From: Savitreella phatthalungensis
Lineage: Eukaryota
DNA: 64,000 nt
Direction of reading: 5' to 3'
Assembly: GCA_051599415.1 (NCBI GenBank)
Contig: AP039690.1
Coordinates: 310,001 to 374,000 of the forward strand
This document shows, in pieces, positions 42,101 to 52,044 of the stretch (the first letter of the stretch is position 1; each line of letters begins with the position of its first letter). The notes under the pieces are model-generated. The model was not told the origin of the DNA, searched no databases, and was given only the letters and a program-made list of their open reading frames with translations. Position numbers and translations under genes: made by a program.

Positions 42101-45100
42101 GCAACTCGACCTAACACCATCTCGAATCGATAGTTTGGGCGAGCTTCCTATTTGTCACGATCCCAAGATACTGCTCGTCCAGTCCCTCGCCTCGACGGTC
42201 CTGCTTCCGATATATTTGCAGAGACCTGACCTGCTTCCCCTCCTATGCGCTCTGTCAGTGCTTACGACGAAAAAGCATGGCATCACGCAAACAGGTGCTT
42301 ACCCGCTTACGATGTACGGCGTCACTATATTTGTGGCGGACAACAGCCCGAGCGTGCGCGAGCAATCTTACCACTATGGACACACGGCCGTGAAGATAGT
42401 CGATCGCACAGCTAATCTTGGACTCGCCTCGACCACCACTGCTGTCCTCAAAGTGTTCGCCAGCCATTTGTGCTACTGGAATCAGCCGATGAGAGACTGT
42501 CTAGTCTATTTCAATTCTGCTATCGCCACCGGCGTAAAGACATTCAATGTCGAATACACGTGTTACGCCTACGTGGAAAGCTGCACTTACAGTTTCTGGG
42601 CTGGCGAGCCTCTCCCAAGCGTCGTTTCGCGGATGCTCGGGTATCTGCCTTTTGTGCGCAATGTCAATCAGCGCCAAAGTCTCTGGTATATGACTATTCA
42701 GTTGCAAGCTTTTGTCAACTACATGACTGAGGGAGCCGACCAATTTTCCATGGACGGCGAGTATTTCTCCGTGGCACTAGAGTGGGATCAAGTTGTCGCC
42801 ACGAACGCAGCGCCTCAGTTCCTTATTTTCTACCTATACAAGCTCATGACGGCAGTCTATTTCGGCTATCCCCTGGGGACCTGCTTGCAACTATCAGACC
42901 AGATCGAGAAATACTCATTGGGTACGCAAGGGGTCGTCTATATAGCCAAATGGTCCTTTCTCATTTGCTCGGCACTTTCACGCAACTACAACGGCTTGAC
43001 ACCAGAACAACTCGCCATCTTCGACCTGCACCTTGGACGCCTGAGACGATGGACCACAGGCTGCCCTTCATCATTGTTGCATATTGTTCTATATCTGGAG
43101 GCTACATTACTCGCTCAAGACGACCGAGAACTCGATGCGTATCAGAAGTTCGAGGACGCTTACGACACGGCTATCGAGAATGGCAATGTCCACGAGGCAG
43201 GTCACATCGCTGAACGCGCCGGCATATGGCTCAGTGATCGCAACAAGAGGATAGCGACGCGTTTCCTGCTTGCATCGTGGGATTGCTTCAAAGTCTTTGG
43301 CTGGAATGCCAAGTTAAAACATCTTGAGTCGAGCTATCCGGATGTCTTCCGCAAGGAAGACCTCGATAATCGCCCACTGGAAAAAATCATGCCTTTCCGA
43401 CCTGTCAACATGAAGATGAATCACGACGGCACATTGTCCAAGCTTACGCCTGGCAGTCAGAGCCCTCAGCGACTATCCACAGATGCACACCGAGGGGATC
43501 CAAGAGCTACAAGTCATCATGGCACAGAAAGAAATGACGAGCGCGATCGGCTCTCGGATATTACTATTGAACAAGCAGGCAATTCGATCGGCACTCGTGA
43601 GTCAATTGTCTCTGCTGCCTCTTCCGACAGGCCTGCAACAGCGATTGCAAACCAGCGCTATCGGGAAGAGATGTCCCGACGACTTGCGTCAGAGACGTCC
43701 ACAAGGTCGCCGGTCGAGTCGGCGACGACCAACACTTTGCATGACGGCGAAAAGGGTAAGGCAAGCGCAGCGCGAAATATGCCCCCCATGTCGCGCCTGT
43801 CAACCCGAGGCTCTCAATCCACGAGGCTCACAAGCTCGGGTGAAACCAATTCTGGCGGCCAGTCGGCTCCGGCTGGAGACGATTCCTCGCGCTCTGGAGG
43901 ACTGACTGTCGAAGGGGGTCTTGACTTCGACCTTGAGGTGGCGCTGCGGGCCAGTGTGCTCATCTCCGATGTCCTCCAAGTTTCAGATGTCCTACGAAGG
44001 CTGGTAGAGTCCGTGCTTACGAATGCTGGTGCGGACTATGGGGCACTTCTGTTGCTCGATGAAGGCACTCCTTTCATCGAAGCTACAGGGCGAAATGGAT
44101 GTGTCGAGATTGTGCCCCATCAGCCTTTGTCGCTACAGTCAGAGATCGTGCCTGCATCTATGGTCAACTTCGTCCTCCGCTTACGCGAGAATATTGTGTT
44201 AGGTGATGCGACCTCGATTCAGAAGAAATATGCAAACGACCCCTACTTCAGAGCACGTCGGCCGCGTTCTGTAATGTGCATGCCGGTGCAAAACACGCTC
44301 AAGCTTGTTGGGATCCTGTATCTGGAGAATTCGATGACTGCTCACGCCTTCGGCTCTCGACGAATCGAACTGCTGAACTTCTTGTGCACCCAAGCTGCCA
44401 TAGCTATCGAGAAGGCACGCCTGTATAGTGACCTCGAAGTCGCAAAAGATGAGGCGCAAGCCTCAAACCGGATGAAGTCAGAGTTCCTCTCGACGATCAG
44501 TCATGAGATACGCACGCCTTTCAATGCGGTGCTCGGCATGTCTGGTTTCCTGCTGGACACCAAGCTCACTCCGATGCAGACAGACTACGTCGAGACGATT
44601 CGGAATTCATCGCGCGAGCTCCTTCGAGTGATTGATGATATTCTCGACTTTTCGAAGATGGAGCATGGGTCATTTGAGCTCCACAAGGACAAGTTCGGCT
44701 TGCGTGAACTGGTAGAGTCAGCAATGCAGGTTACGGCAGAACGTGCCTCTGCGAAGAAACTTGAGCTTGGTTATTTCAACCTTCATCATGATTTTCCCGA
44801 CGTTATCTTCAACGACGCGACACGATTCCGACAGGTGATTATCAATTTGCTTGGAAATGCTATCAAGTTTACAGAGCACGGAAGCATAACAATCTTCAGT
44901 CAAGCCACGATGCTGCGGCCCGGGGGTGAAGGTGACAGCGCCTCGAGCAGGCCGTCCTATCGCATTCACATATCCGTGAAGGATACCGGCATTGGTATCC
45001 GAGAAGAGGATCACCAAAAGTTGTTCAAGCTATTCAGCCAGATTGATTCGTCATTAGCCCGCAGCTTTACAGGCACGGGTCTCGGACTGGCGATATCGGA

Positions 45101-46157
45101 AAAGCTTGTGCGTCTGATGGGAGGCAAGATCTGGGTTGAGTCACAGCCTGGCGTAGGGTCAACATTCCACTTCACGATCGTGACTGATGTCATCGATCGT
45201 GAGCAGCCTGCCCCGCCGCCACTGAAGCAGAATCTGCGCGACCGAAACGTCGTGATACTGGATGACAACGAAGTTGCGATCAAATCACTTAAGGACACCC
45301 TAACGTGGCTTGGCATGGTTCCGACAGCCGCTCAACAAACTGACGAATTCCTCCAGATTGTAAGGCGAGCACCACCAGGTACTTTTCCGCTGGCTCTTAT
45401 TGAGCAACAGGACGATGCCGAGATTGATGTGATCCACGAACTTGACAAACACGATCCCGGCTGTCGTGTCGTCCTACTGTGTAGATTCGGTGCGGCTCAG
45501 AAGGCTGCGAATGACCGAATACCATTCCTGATCAAGCCGGTCAAGCGAGAGCGCCTGATGCGCGTTGTCGCGGAAATCTTGGCGCCTCACGCCGCTGCTA
45601 AATCACTCGAGCAGCCGGGAGCATCGGCGCTCAACAATCTCGTTGAAGACGAAAGAGACGGGCGCTCAGGACAAAGATTCGAGATGAGCCAGCTGGGCAC
45701 CGTGCATCCTCTACGCATCTTGCTTGCTGAAGATAACATGATCAATTCGCGCGTTGCGCTGCAGCATCTCAAGCGGATGGGCTATACGGATGTAGTTCAC
45801 GCGAAGGACGGACAGCAGACCGTGGAAGAGGAGGACAAGCGCGACTTTGATGTGATCTTGATGGACGTTCAGATGCCCCGCCTTGACGGCATCGCTGCGA
45901 CTCGTGTGATACGTCGAAAGTACGACGCATCACCAGACAAAACTTGTCCCCATATTGTCGCAATGACCGCAAATGCTATGCGAGGCGACCGAGAGCGTTG
46001 CATGGAGGCAGGCATGCATGCATATTGCGCGAAGCCGATCATGCCTGAAGCTCTCGCAAGATGTCTTCTGGATGCACCATCTGCTGCACAAGCTGCCACC
46101 GGAAGCAATGCTGAAGATCATGAGTACGAACAGCAACAACGGCGCCAGAACAAGTGA
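39165..46157 (+). CDS. Hybrid histidine kinase with S/T-kinase-like, AAA/P-loop, GAF, HisKA, HATPase and receiver domains (group X; Mak2/Mak3/Chk1-like)
   Basis: SPESSGRINR..D.RSDFYSLG, GPSGSGKS, GILYLEN (GAF), SHEIRTP H-box, DTGIGI and GTGLGL, DVILMDVQMP. Confidence 0.95.
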   Translation: MTSAEVVSNDSASMLDTAAMLDNAQLRDTEAFMRQLEHCFPGYREFSFLYASNQLYALRCASSDTGQRIFIKAAFDLSHLDAVQKLRNEWRCQLATFDIVGIKKAFAIGPCNDEQGLALFYHDDGELTSLAWFDRTSVSPDYLSHPGQNSHPGPADVDLNKFIDFAIAIVAILRRLHAKGMIHGQISPESLGVDCDGRAMLFDLSCCTFLEREESQPTVIATRQLPFMSPESSGRINRTVDHRSDFYSLGVTFYYLLSHQLPFTGATALELMYKHIAQPAQPLARISNSTPPALSDMVELLMAKSPEDRYQSADGILSDLKVLQRAASEKTLLVIQDFVPGTTDTASRFRIPQRLVGRETEAKQIRDLFEEVRRSGGCKVTIVKGPSGSGKSSLVHEITGAILESRSFYTSGKFDQYRRGVPFFSLIQAGAGLVRQVLCEDDRQLIEWRDLIFEAIGENIAVVFDVLPELEKMFGPDFVPPDVPDLGPVEREKRFSDAFIEFLLCFGRRGAPLVLSIDDVQWASVGELNLIGSLAGRAAISSNHALHLFIAYRDNEVLDDHHTHVMLRTMQETNVSIDVVEINSLSAQHVRELLIGTLRYKHENSMPELDTLAQLIVAKTDGNAFFVTQILKTFHDRGLIFYSFERFRWEFDLPAILRDNLPVSVVDLLAAQILKLSEDSRNCLKSAACLGSNRFSLSLLAVVTQRSVKRVGGDLWEALRTGLILPTSTGFATASTLELFDRRRTVARRPSYETDSLSESTRGLALSVSESSVGDIEVTYRFLHDRVQQAAYQLVAEADRPAMHLEIGTRMYNAFAAQQALETYCFEIADQINRGIDLITSPTRLAAIIDLNVMAGKRALQSTAFDAALTYLSTARHKSPTEWWSSRFEYQLEIALFYIDALYANHDYEAAVRQLHELKERARNPMERAQIMFRMINVYMGLDAITKALEVGIAALDLLDFHVPLDKHKANSAFEELRPQLDLTPSRIDSLGELPICHDPKILLVQSLASTVLLPIYLQRPDLLPLLCALSVLTTKKHGITQTGAYPLTMYGVTIFVADNSPSVREQSYHYGHTAVKIVDRTANLGLASTTTAVLKVFASHLCYWNQPMRDCLVYFNSAIATGVKTFNVEYTCYAYVESCTYSFWAGEPLPSVVSRMLGYLPFVRNVNQRQSLWYMTIQLQAFVNYMTEGADQFSMDGEYFSVALEWDQVVATNAAPQFLIFYLYKLMTAVYFGYPLGTCLQLSDQIEKYSLGTQGVVYIAKWSFLICSALSRNYNGLTPEQLAIFDLHLGRLRRWTTGCPSSLLHIVLYLEATLLAQDDRELDAYQKFEDAYDTAIENGNVHEAGHIAERAGIWLSDRNKRIATRFLLASWDCFKVFGWNAKLKHLESSYPDVFRKEDLDNRPLEKIMPFRPVNMKMNHDGTLSKLTPGSQSPQRLSTDAHRGDPRATSHHGTERNDERDRLSDITIEQAGNSIGTRESIVSAASSDRPATAIANQRYREEMSRRLASETSTRSPVESATTNTLHDGEKGKASAARNMPPMSRLSTRGSQSTRLTSSGETNSGGQSAPAGDDSSRSGGLTVEGGLDFDLEVALRASVLISDVLQVSDVLRRLVESVLTNAGADYGALLLLDEGTPFIEATGRNGCVEIVPHQPLSLQSEIVPASMVNFVLRLRENIVLGDATSIQKKYANDPYFRARRPRSVMCMPVQNTLKLVGILYLENSMTAHAFGSRRIELLNFLCTQAAIAIEKARLYSDLEVAKDEAQASNRMKSEFLSTISHEIRTPFNAVLGMSGFLLDTKLTPMQTDYVETIRNSSRELLRVIDDILDFSKMEHGSFELHKDKFGLRELVESAMQVTAERASAKKLELGYFNLHHDFPDVIFNDATRFRQVIINLLGNAIKFTEHGSITIFSQATMLRPGGEGDSASSRPSYRIHISVKDTGIGIREEDHQKLFKLFSQIDSSLARSFTGTGLGLAISEKLVRLMGGKIWVESQPGVGSTFHFTIVTDVIDREQPAPPPLKQNLRDRNVVILDDNEVAIKSLKDTLTWLGMVPTAAQQTDEFLQIVRRAPPGTFPLALIEQQDDAEIDVIHELDKHDPGCRVVLLCRFGAAQKAANDRIPFLIKPVKRERLMRVVAEILAPHAAAKSLEQPGASALNNLVEDERDGRSGQRFEMSQLGTVHPLRILLAEDNMINSRVALQHLKRMGYTDVVHAKDGQQTVEEEDKRDFDVILMDVQMPRLDGIAATRVIRRKYDASPDKTCPHIVAMTANAMRGDRERCMEAGMHAYCAKPIMPEALARCLLDAPSAAQAATGSNAEDHEYEQQQRRQNK

Positions 46158-47741
46158 TATCATGAATAGACCCCAACAGCCACGACAAAAGCTTTGAGGA
46201 AGTAGCAAATCAGCCATTTTGGAGGACTGGTTGGCCCTTTTCCCTGGTATCTGCAAGTACCGTAGTAAGGCGGAGTGCTGCTTTCCAATTTCAAATCTAT
46301 TAATTGTTTCGGACGAAACAACACGTCTACACACTTCCCCCCTGTGAATCGTTTGTAGGGGTAATAAAAGGGCTCCTCTGCGTGTACGGCTTGGAGTTTC
46401 TGCCTGATATCGCTTGCACGTAATGATGGTGCACAATTAACGCAGAGGATATGTGGCAGTCGCAGTTGACCTTACGCACAGCGCGAAGCATTGCTCAACA
46501 CTGCTATGCTCCTAAACCAGAACTACACGACCATAAGATAATACAGTAAACCACCTCTGGGGATGTCTGCAATGATGATCATCATACTTGCGTCTGCTAG
46601 AATCGTATGTTGGGAGGAAGCGGGGCAGGCCGTGACGCCGTATGACCCAAATCCACGACATGTAGAAGGGGACTCTTTTTGGCTCTTGCGTCTGACACGG
46701 AGGTCTGCATGAGCCGACTCCTGGACAATGAAGCTAATTGCTGTCGAGCGGTTTCCATGTTTTCACTTAGCGGTCACCCTACTTGTATCCAAATTTCATT
46801 AGGTGCTTGTGAAATTTTGGTTGGACGCCTCAAGCCTCTTACCGTCCGTACAAGCCTCATTGATTCCCACCTCGATTTATGCAATTGATGGAAGCTAAGG
46901 CAGTATGACGGAAGAGGGCTAGAAGTTCTAGATGTTTGCAATGCGCAATGGTCCGGAGCTACCGTTGGATTTTCCCAACAATACTGGCGCTGGCGGTTAC
47001 AAATTCTCGGTCACTGAAACTATTTCCCATAGCTGGCACCAGACCGTCAGCTTCTACAATATTAGCATCCTTACACCCCGGAAACACAAGCTAAAAGCTC
47101 TGGAAAATTAGTGTCATCGTTTTCAATAAGTATATCCCTACACGTCGAGCTCGTTGGATGGATGTAATGAATATATATCTATGCAAATCGATTGAAATAC
47201 ACTAAGTATCCAGATAATGAATGAATTATCTAGCTGATATGCGCCTCATCGCATCCTGGCGCCTCACTGGATGAACCGCCACCGAAGAACTTTAGACCTG
47301 TGCCAGTATTGATATGCAACTCGACCCCACCCACCCACGAGGCGGCAATTGACCATCGCCTTCCCCACTGTAATTTGACGATTCACTTCACAGGTCATTT
47401 AATGTAAACTTGCACCACATCAGTCGAGCCATAGAGTGATATCGCCGCTGAGACACAGATCACCACCACTCTTACAAGTTCGCAAATACCGTCAGCTGGC
47501 AGGACATAAGACACGCATACACCATTTGGTACGGACGCAACCCTTATCCATATACACGCTTAGTCACGTCCATCTCGTGGCAAGAATTGTAGAAGGTGCG
47601 TCATCAAGCGCCGTAATCTGCAGACCTCACCGATCACCATTAAAGAAAGTGGGACGCTATCGGACAAGCGCTACGTGTTTGGCGACTAGCTTTTGATCCT
47701 GCGTATCAAGTATTTTTTCGTAAGGTCTCCATTTGAAAATC

Positions 47742-49784
47742 ATGCAGGCAAAGTTCTCCTTCGAGACGGACGAGCCTGTCCCTGAAGGCCACGGGAAAAT
47801 CAGGCGAACGACGCATGCTGCTGGAGGTCTGATTACTCAACCTCACCCTGAAATCTCGACAGTCTACGACATCATCACTTATGCTTCGAAAAGCTTCGGC
47901 GAAAAGCCTGCAATGGCCTATCGCAAGCTCATCAAGGAGCACCACGAGAAGAAAGAAGTGACCAAAAAGGTGAACGGCAAGGAGGAGAAGGTCAGCAAGA
48001 ACTGGACGTTCTATGAATATGCTCCATATCAGCATATCAGCTTCGTGCAGTTTGAGCAACTCACGCGCCATATCGGCGCTGGCCTGCGCACTCTCGGCGT
48101 CGACTCGTCTGGCAAGCTCATGATTTTCGCTGGCACATGCTATCAATGGATGGCGATGGCTCATGGTGCTGTCTCGCAGTCGATCCCGATCGTGACAGCA
48201 TATGACACACTCGGTGAAGAAGGTGTGCACCATTCTATTAAGGAATCTGGGGCGAATGCCATATTCACCGATGCTCAGCTTCTCCCCCAGCTGCTCAAGG
48301 GCCTCAAAGATACGCAAGTCAAACGAGTCATCTATCGAAATGACGCGAAGCAGGCCGACATCGAGAATCTCAAGAAGGCATTTGACGGAATTCAAGTCCT
48401 TTCGTTCGACGAGATCGTCGAGCGTGGCAAGGCCAAGCCGACAGATATTGTGGCCCCGAAGGCTGATGACTTGGCCTGCATCATGTACACGTCCGGATCG
48501 ACAGGTCCCCCGAAAGGTGTCCTCTTGACGCACCGCAACATTGTTGCAGCAATGGCAGGTGTCGACAAGAGTCTGAACGGACATATCAGCAAGGAAGACT
48601 ACTTGATCGCTTTCTTGCCGCTTGCGCACATCTTCGAATTTGTGTTTGAGAATATCACACTTTACTGGGGAGGATGTCTTGGCTATGCTACGGTCAAGAC
48701 ATTGACTGACGCCAATATGCGCAACTGTAGCGGTGATCTGGCAGAATTCCGCCCGACCATCATGGTCGGCGTTCCTGCTGTGTGGGAGATGGTGCGCAAG
48801 GGCATAATACAGAAGATTGCTGCTGCTCCTTTCATCACCCAGAAGCTCTTCTGGGGTGCTTACCATGCGAAGGGTTTCATGTCACGCTACTACATCCCGG
48901 GAAAATCGGTCTTGGACGCAGTTGTTTTCAAGAAAATCAAGGCTGCAACAGGAGGCCGGCTACGTCTGACGCTCAATGGTGGCGGACCGCTGTCACGAGA
49001 CACGCAGATATTCATGACGACCGTGCTCTGCCCGATGTTGGGTGGATACGGCCTTACGGAGACTTGCGCTACATCCACCGTCATGGCCCCGGAGCAATAT
49101 ACGCCCGGCTCTGTTGGTGCGCCATTGGCTTGCGTTGAGCTGAAGCTCGTCGACGTCCCCGAAGCTGGATATTCTACCAAATCAAAGCCATCACAGGGCG
49201 AAGTCTGGCTTAGGGGCGATTCGATCACCTCAGGTTATCTTAATCGTGACGACGAGAACAAGGAAGCGTTCGAAGACGGCTGGTTCAAGACCGGTGACAT
49301 TGGCGAGTGGGATAATTCAGGCCTCCTTAATTTGATCGACCGCAAGAAGAACCTGGTGAAGACGCTCAACGGCGAGTACATTGCCCTCGAGAAGCTCGAG
49401 TCGCAATATCGCACCTGTGATGTTGCCCAGAACGTCTGCGTGTACGCTTCGCCTGACGAAGCAAAGCCCATTGCCCTAGTGGTCTGCAACGAGGCGCCAC
49501 TGCGACGGCAGCTCAAAACTCACGGCGTGGATGAATCGCAGTTCTCTGACATCGAAGAGCTTGCCAAGGCCGACGAAGTCCGCCAGGTGGTCCTTCATGA
49601 AATGCACGCGGTAGGCAAGAAGGCGAATTTCCGTGGAATCGAACTCATTTCCAACGTCGTGCTCATTTCCGAAGAGTTTACTCCACAGAACGGACTCGTC
49701 ACTTCAGCGCAAAAGTTGCAACGCAAGAAGATCCAGCAGAAGTATCAGGATGAGATTTCACATGCATACAAGCAAGCTTCTTGA
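47742..49784 (+). CDS. FAA1: Long-chain fatty acyl-CoA synthetase (Faa1/Lcf1)
   Basis: YTSGSTGPPKG, LPLAHIFE, GYGLTE, DGWFKTGDIG..IDRKKNLVK..GEYIALEKLES. Confidence 0.95.
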   Translation: MQAKFSFETDEPVPEGHGKIRRTTHAAGGLITQPHPEISTVYDIITYASKSFGEKPAMAYRKLIKEHHEKKEVTKKVNGKEEKVSKNWTFYEYAPYQHISFVQFEQLTRHIGAGLRTLGVDSSGKLMIFAGTCYQWMAMAHGAVSQSIPIVTAYDTLGEEGVHHSIKESGANAIFTDAQLLPQLLKGLKDTQVKRVIYRNDAKQADIENLKKAFDGIQVLSFDEIVERGKAKPTDIVAPKADDLACIMYTSGSTGPPKGVLLTHRNIVAAMAGVDKSLNGHISKEDYLIAFLPLAHIFEFVFENITLYWGGCLGYATVKTLTDANMRNCSGDLAEFRPTIMVGVPAVWEMVRKGIIQKIAAAPFITQKLFWGAYHAKGFMSRYYIPGKSVLDAVVFKKIKAATGGRLRLTLNGGGPLSRDTQIFMTTVLCPMLGGYGLTETCATSTVMAPEQYTPGSVGAPLACVELKLVDVPEAGYSTKSKPSQGEVWLRGDSITSGYLNRDDENKEAFEDGWFKTGDIGEWDNSGLLNLIDRKKNLVKTLNGEYIALEKLESQYRTCDVAQNVCVYASPDEAKPIALVVCNEAPLRRQLKTHGVDESQFSDIEELAKADEVRQVVLHEMHAVGKKANFRGIELISNVVLISEEFTPQNGLVTSAQKLQRKKIQQKYQDEISHAYKQAS

Positions 49785-49860
49785 GGTCCATTAGGGTGCC
49801 AGATTCGCTCTTCGTCACAGCTTTCATAGTCGCCACAAATTAACTAAATACACATCCATT

Positions 49861-51237
49861 TTAATCCTGGTTGCGACGCTTTTCTCGGATAACCCAGTCG
49901 ACGAGGCCTCCTCGGAGCACTTGTTCGATAGTTCCCAGTCGTGCTTGCGCTTCCCGCCCTGAGGAATACTTGTCCCCACGAGCGTTGACTGATCCTGAAT
50001 GTTCTTCGAGTTCGTGCGCTGCGGCGATGTCAAGTCGAATCAAATGCGAGAGTCCGCCCGCCGCAAGAAATCCGGTCATGGCGCCAGATAGATGTGCTGC
50101 GTGCCCAAAGACTTTCCAGCCGGCCAGCAAGCCTAAAATGTCGAATGCAACCATGAGTAGTGCTGCCGTGGACAGTTCGACCGAAACGAATGGGAAGAGA
50201 AGAAAACGCAGCACTGTTCGGGATTGACCTCGATCCTCAGCCAGACTTTCCTGATGACGCTCGACAGCTCGATGCCACGACTCAGCTGATCTGTCGTTGC
50301 TGTCCAATCGACCTTGACTGAAGCTCGCGACAGGCAGGGCTGATGCTTGCAGTACGGCAAGAGCGATGATGACCGCGTAGACGCCTCCGGATGCACCCAA
50401 GCTGCGTACGTTGATCGCCGTTGTGAATGCGGTCTGTGAAGTGGCGCGGAGCGCTCCGCGAGCCTGGAATGCGAGCTGGCCCAAAGACGAGATGACAATC
50501 CCGGAGAGATAGATCGCAAGGAAGACTGCAGCAGCGGACTCCGAATCAGTCAGCCGGAAATTGGCATGCCCCAGATTTGCTTCGTCTGGATTCGTTGCCC
50601 TCTGCAGCTGCCTCTTTACTTGCTCAAGCCAGCTAGCGTTCTTATGTAATAGCCGATCTTCCGTGGGCAACGCACAATATCGCAGCCTGATTTCGTCGAG
50701 AAGGATATTTCCGATGGAGTACAAAGCAAGCATGTTCAAGCCCAGATGCCATATTTCACTGTGAGAGAACCCAGAAGTCAAGAGGCTTGCTGGACGTCGA
50801 TACGACTCGACGAGTGAGGACGTGCCATAGTGAGATAGTAATCGAGACAGTATTGCAGACCTGCTGACTGAGTTTACAGCATGCAACCCATAGCCGATGA
50901 CATTGATGCCGATGATGCCCGCCAAGACTGTCGTCTTCATAATGTCCCAATCGCGATCCTCTGCACGATCGTTTCGTTGTTCCTCTCCACGAATCTCCCC
51001 GTATGTGGGCAAAGAGCTGCGCTGAAGCCAGCTCGGAGGCGAATCTAGAACGAGCACAGTACCAAAGCTCGCCACTGACACTCCAGAGGCGAAGAGCAGA
51101 GGACGCACCAATGCTGCAAATGGGCCACTTGGACCATGTTGAACTGTGGTGACAAACCTTTTAGAAGCCTGCCGATAGCAGAAAGAGGCAGGTCTACAGC
51201 CCGAAAGGAGCAATCCAAGCGGGCGGGGTTTGAACAT
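49861..51237 (-). CDS. PCP1: Mitochondrial rhomboid protease (Pcp1/PARL-like)
   Basis: Presequence, S.FSH.E.WHL..NM, LGASG catalytic serine, HAAHLSG. Confidence 0.85.
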   Translation of the reverse strand: MFKPRPLGLLLSGCRPASFCYRQASKRFVTTVQHGPSGPFAALVRPLLFASGVSVASFGTVLVLDSPPSWLQRSSLPTYGEIRGEEQRNDRAEDRDWDIMKTTVLAGIIGINVIGYGLHAVNSVSRSAILSRLLSHYGTSSLVESYRRPASLLTSGFSHSEIWHLGLNMLALYSIGNILLDEIRLRYCALPTEDRLLHKNASWLEQVKRQLQRATNPDEANLGHANFRLTDSESAAAVFLAIYLSGIVISSLGQLAFQARGALRATSQTAFTTAINVRSLGASGGVYAVIIALAVLQASALPVASFSQGRLDSNDRSAESWHRAVERHQESLAEDRGQSRTVLRFLLFPFVSVELSTAALLMVAFDILGLLAGWKVFGHAAHLSGAMTGFLAAGGLSHLIRLDIAAAHELEEHSGSVNARGDKYSSGREAQARLGTIEQVLRGGLVDWVIREKRRNQD

Positions 51238-51457
51238 AAAACGATGGAATCAAGACGGAGTCCATGTGGCCATTACGTATCATAAATTCATCTTCGACAA
51301 GGCCATGCCTGCACGGCGTGGACATGATCAATCTTCAACGAATTTCAGCTATGAATGATCAGTCTTACAGAGATGATCCCCCGCAATGGCCCCACTTGAG
51401 CGATGCATGGGCCCCAAGCAGGATCACCGGGCTACAGAAACGAGCGAGATAAGGGCC

Positions 51458-51970
51458 ATGACATACAGACTTCCAGTGATGGGCTCAGGACCAACGATAC
51501 GAGCAGATACAATCGCGCCGATCCTGTTCGTTGCCTCTTTGTCTCGAGCGAGAGATTTCTATACGACTTGCGTCGGCATGACGATGTTGACAGGCAGTAG
51601 TACGCACGCCGTGTTTCATCTACTCAGTGAGCCATCATCAGCACAGAAACTCGGATCTGTTTCCCTCCTGCGCAAGGAGTCGGATGATGTCATCCGGATC
51701 TGGCTGGAGGAGCGTAGCTCTGGCGTTGATCCAGTCAATGGCGCAACGGTAGTAATCCAGTTGTCCGGCAGGGATGATCGTCAGATTCAGCATTATCAGA
51801 CCCTCGTAGCCACCGCATTTCATGCTTGGTCGGCTAATCAGACGGAACAAAGTCACGCCTCAGTCTCTCAATGGAAGCGTCAGACTATTGCGCTCGGCTC
51901 ATTTGAGATTATCGACCCTGATGGTAATCGGCTCCTCATAAGACAGGATCGGGAGGTCTACTGTGGTTGA
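51458..51970 (+). CDS. Glyoxalase/bleomycin-resistance (VOC) fold protein
   Basis: IAPILFVASLSRARDFY..GM and F.I.DPDGNRL.I motifs. Start uncertain (51386, 51458 or later). Confidence 0.75.
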   Translation: MTYRLPVMGSGPTIRADTIAPILFVASLSRARDFYTTCVGMTMLTGSSTHAVFHLLSEPSSAQKLGSVSLLRKESDDVIRIWLEERSSGVDPVNGATVVIQLSGRDDRQIQHYQTLVATAFHAWSANQTEQSHASVSQWKRQTIALGSFEIIDPDGNRLLIRQDREVYCG

Positions 51971-52044
51971 CAGACGCCTAAGTCGTTGATGTGATGTAGA
52001 AATACAAGAGATTATGTAAATTAGTTTAAAAGGCTGCCAAGGGC

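Noticed and set aside
47706..48866. 386-aa antisense ORF
   Set aside because: Shadow frame of the acyl-CoA synthetase.
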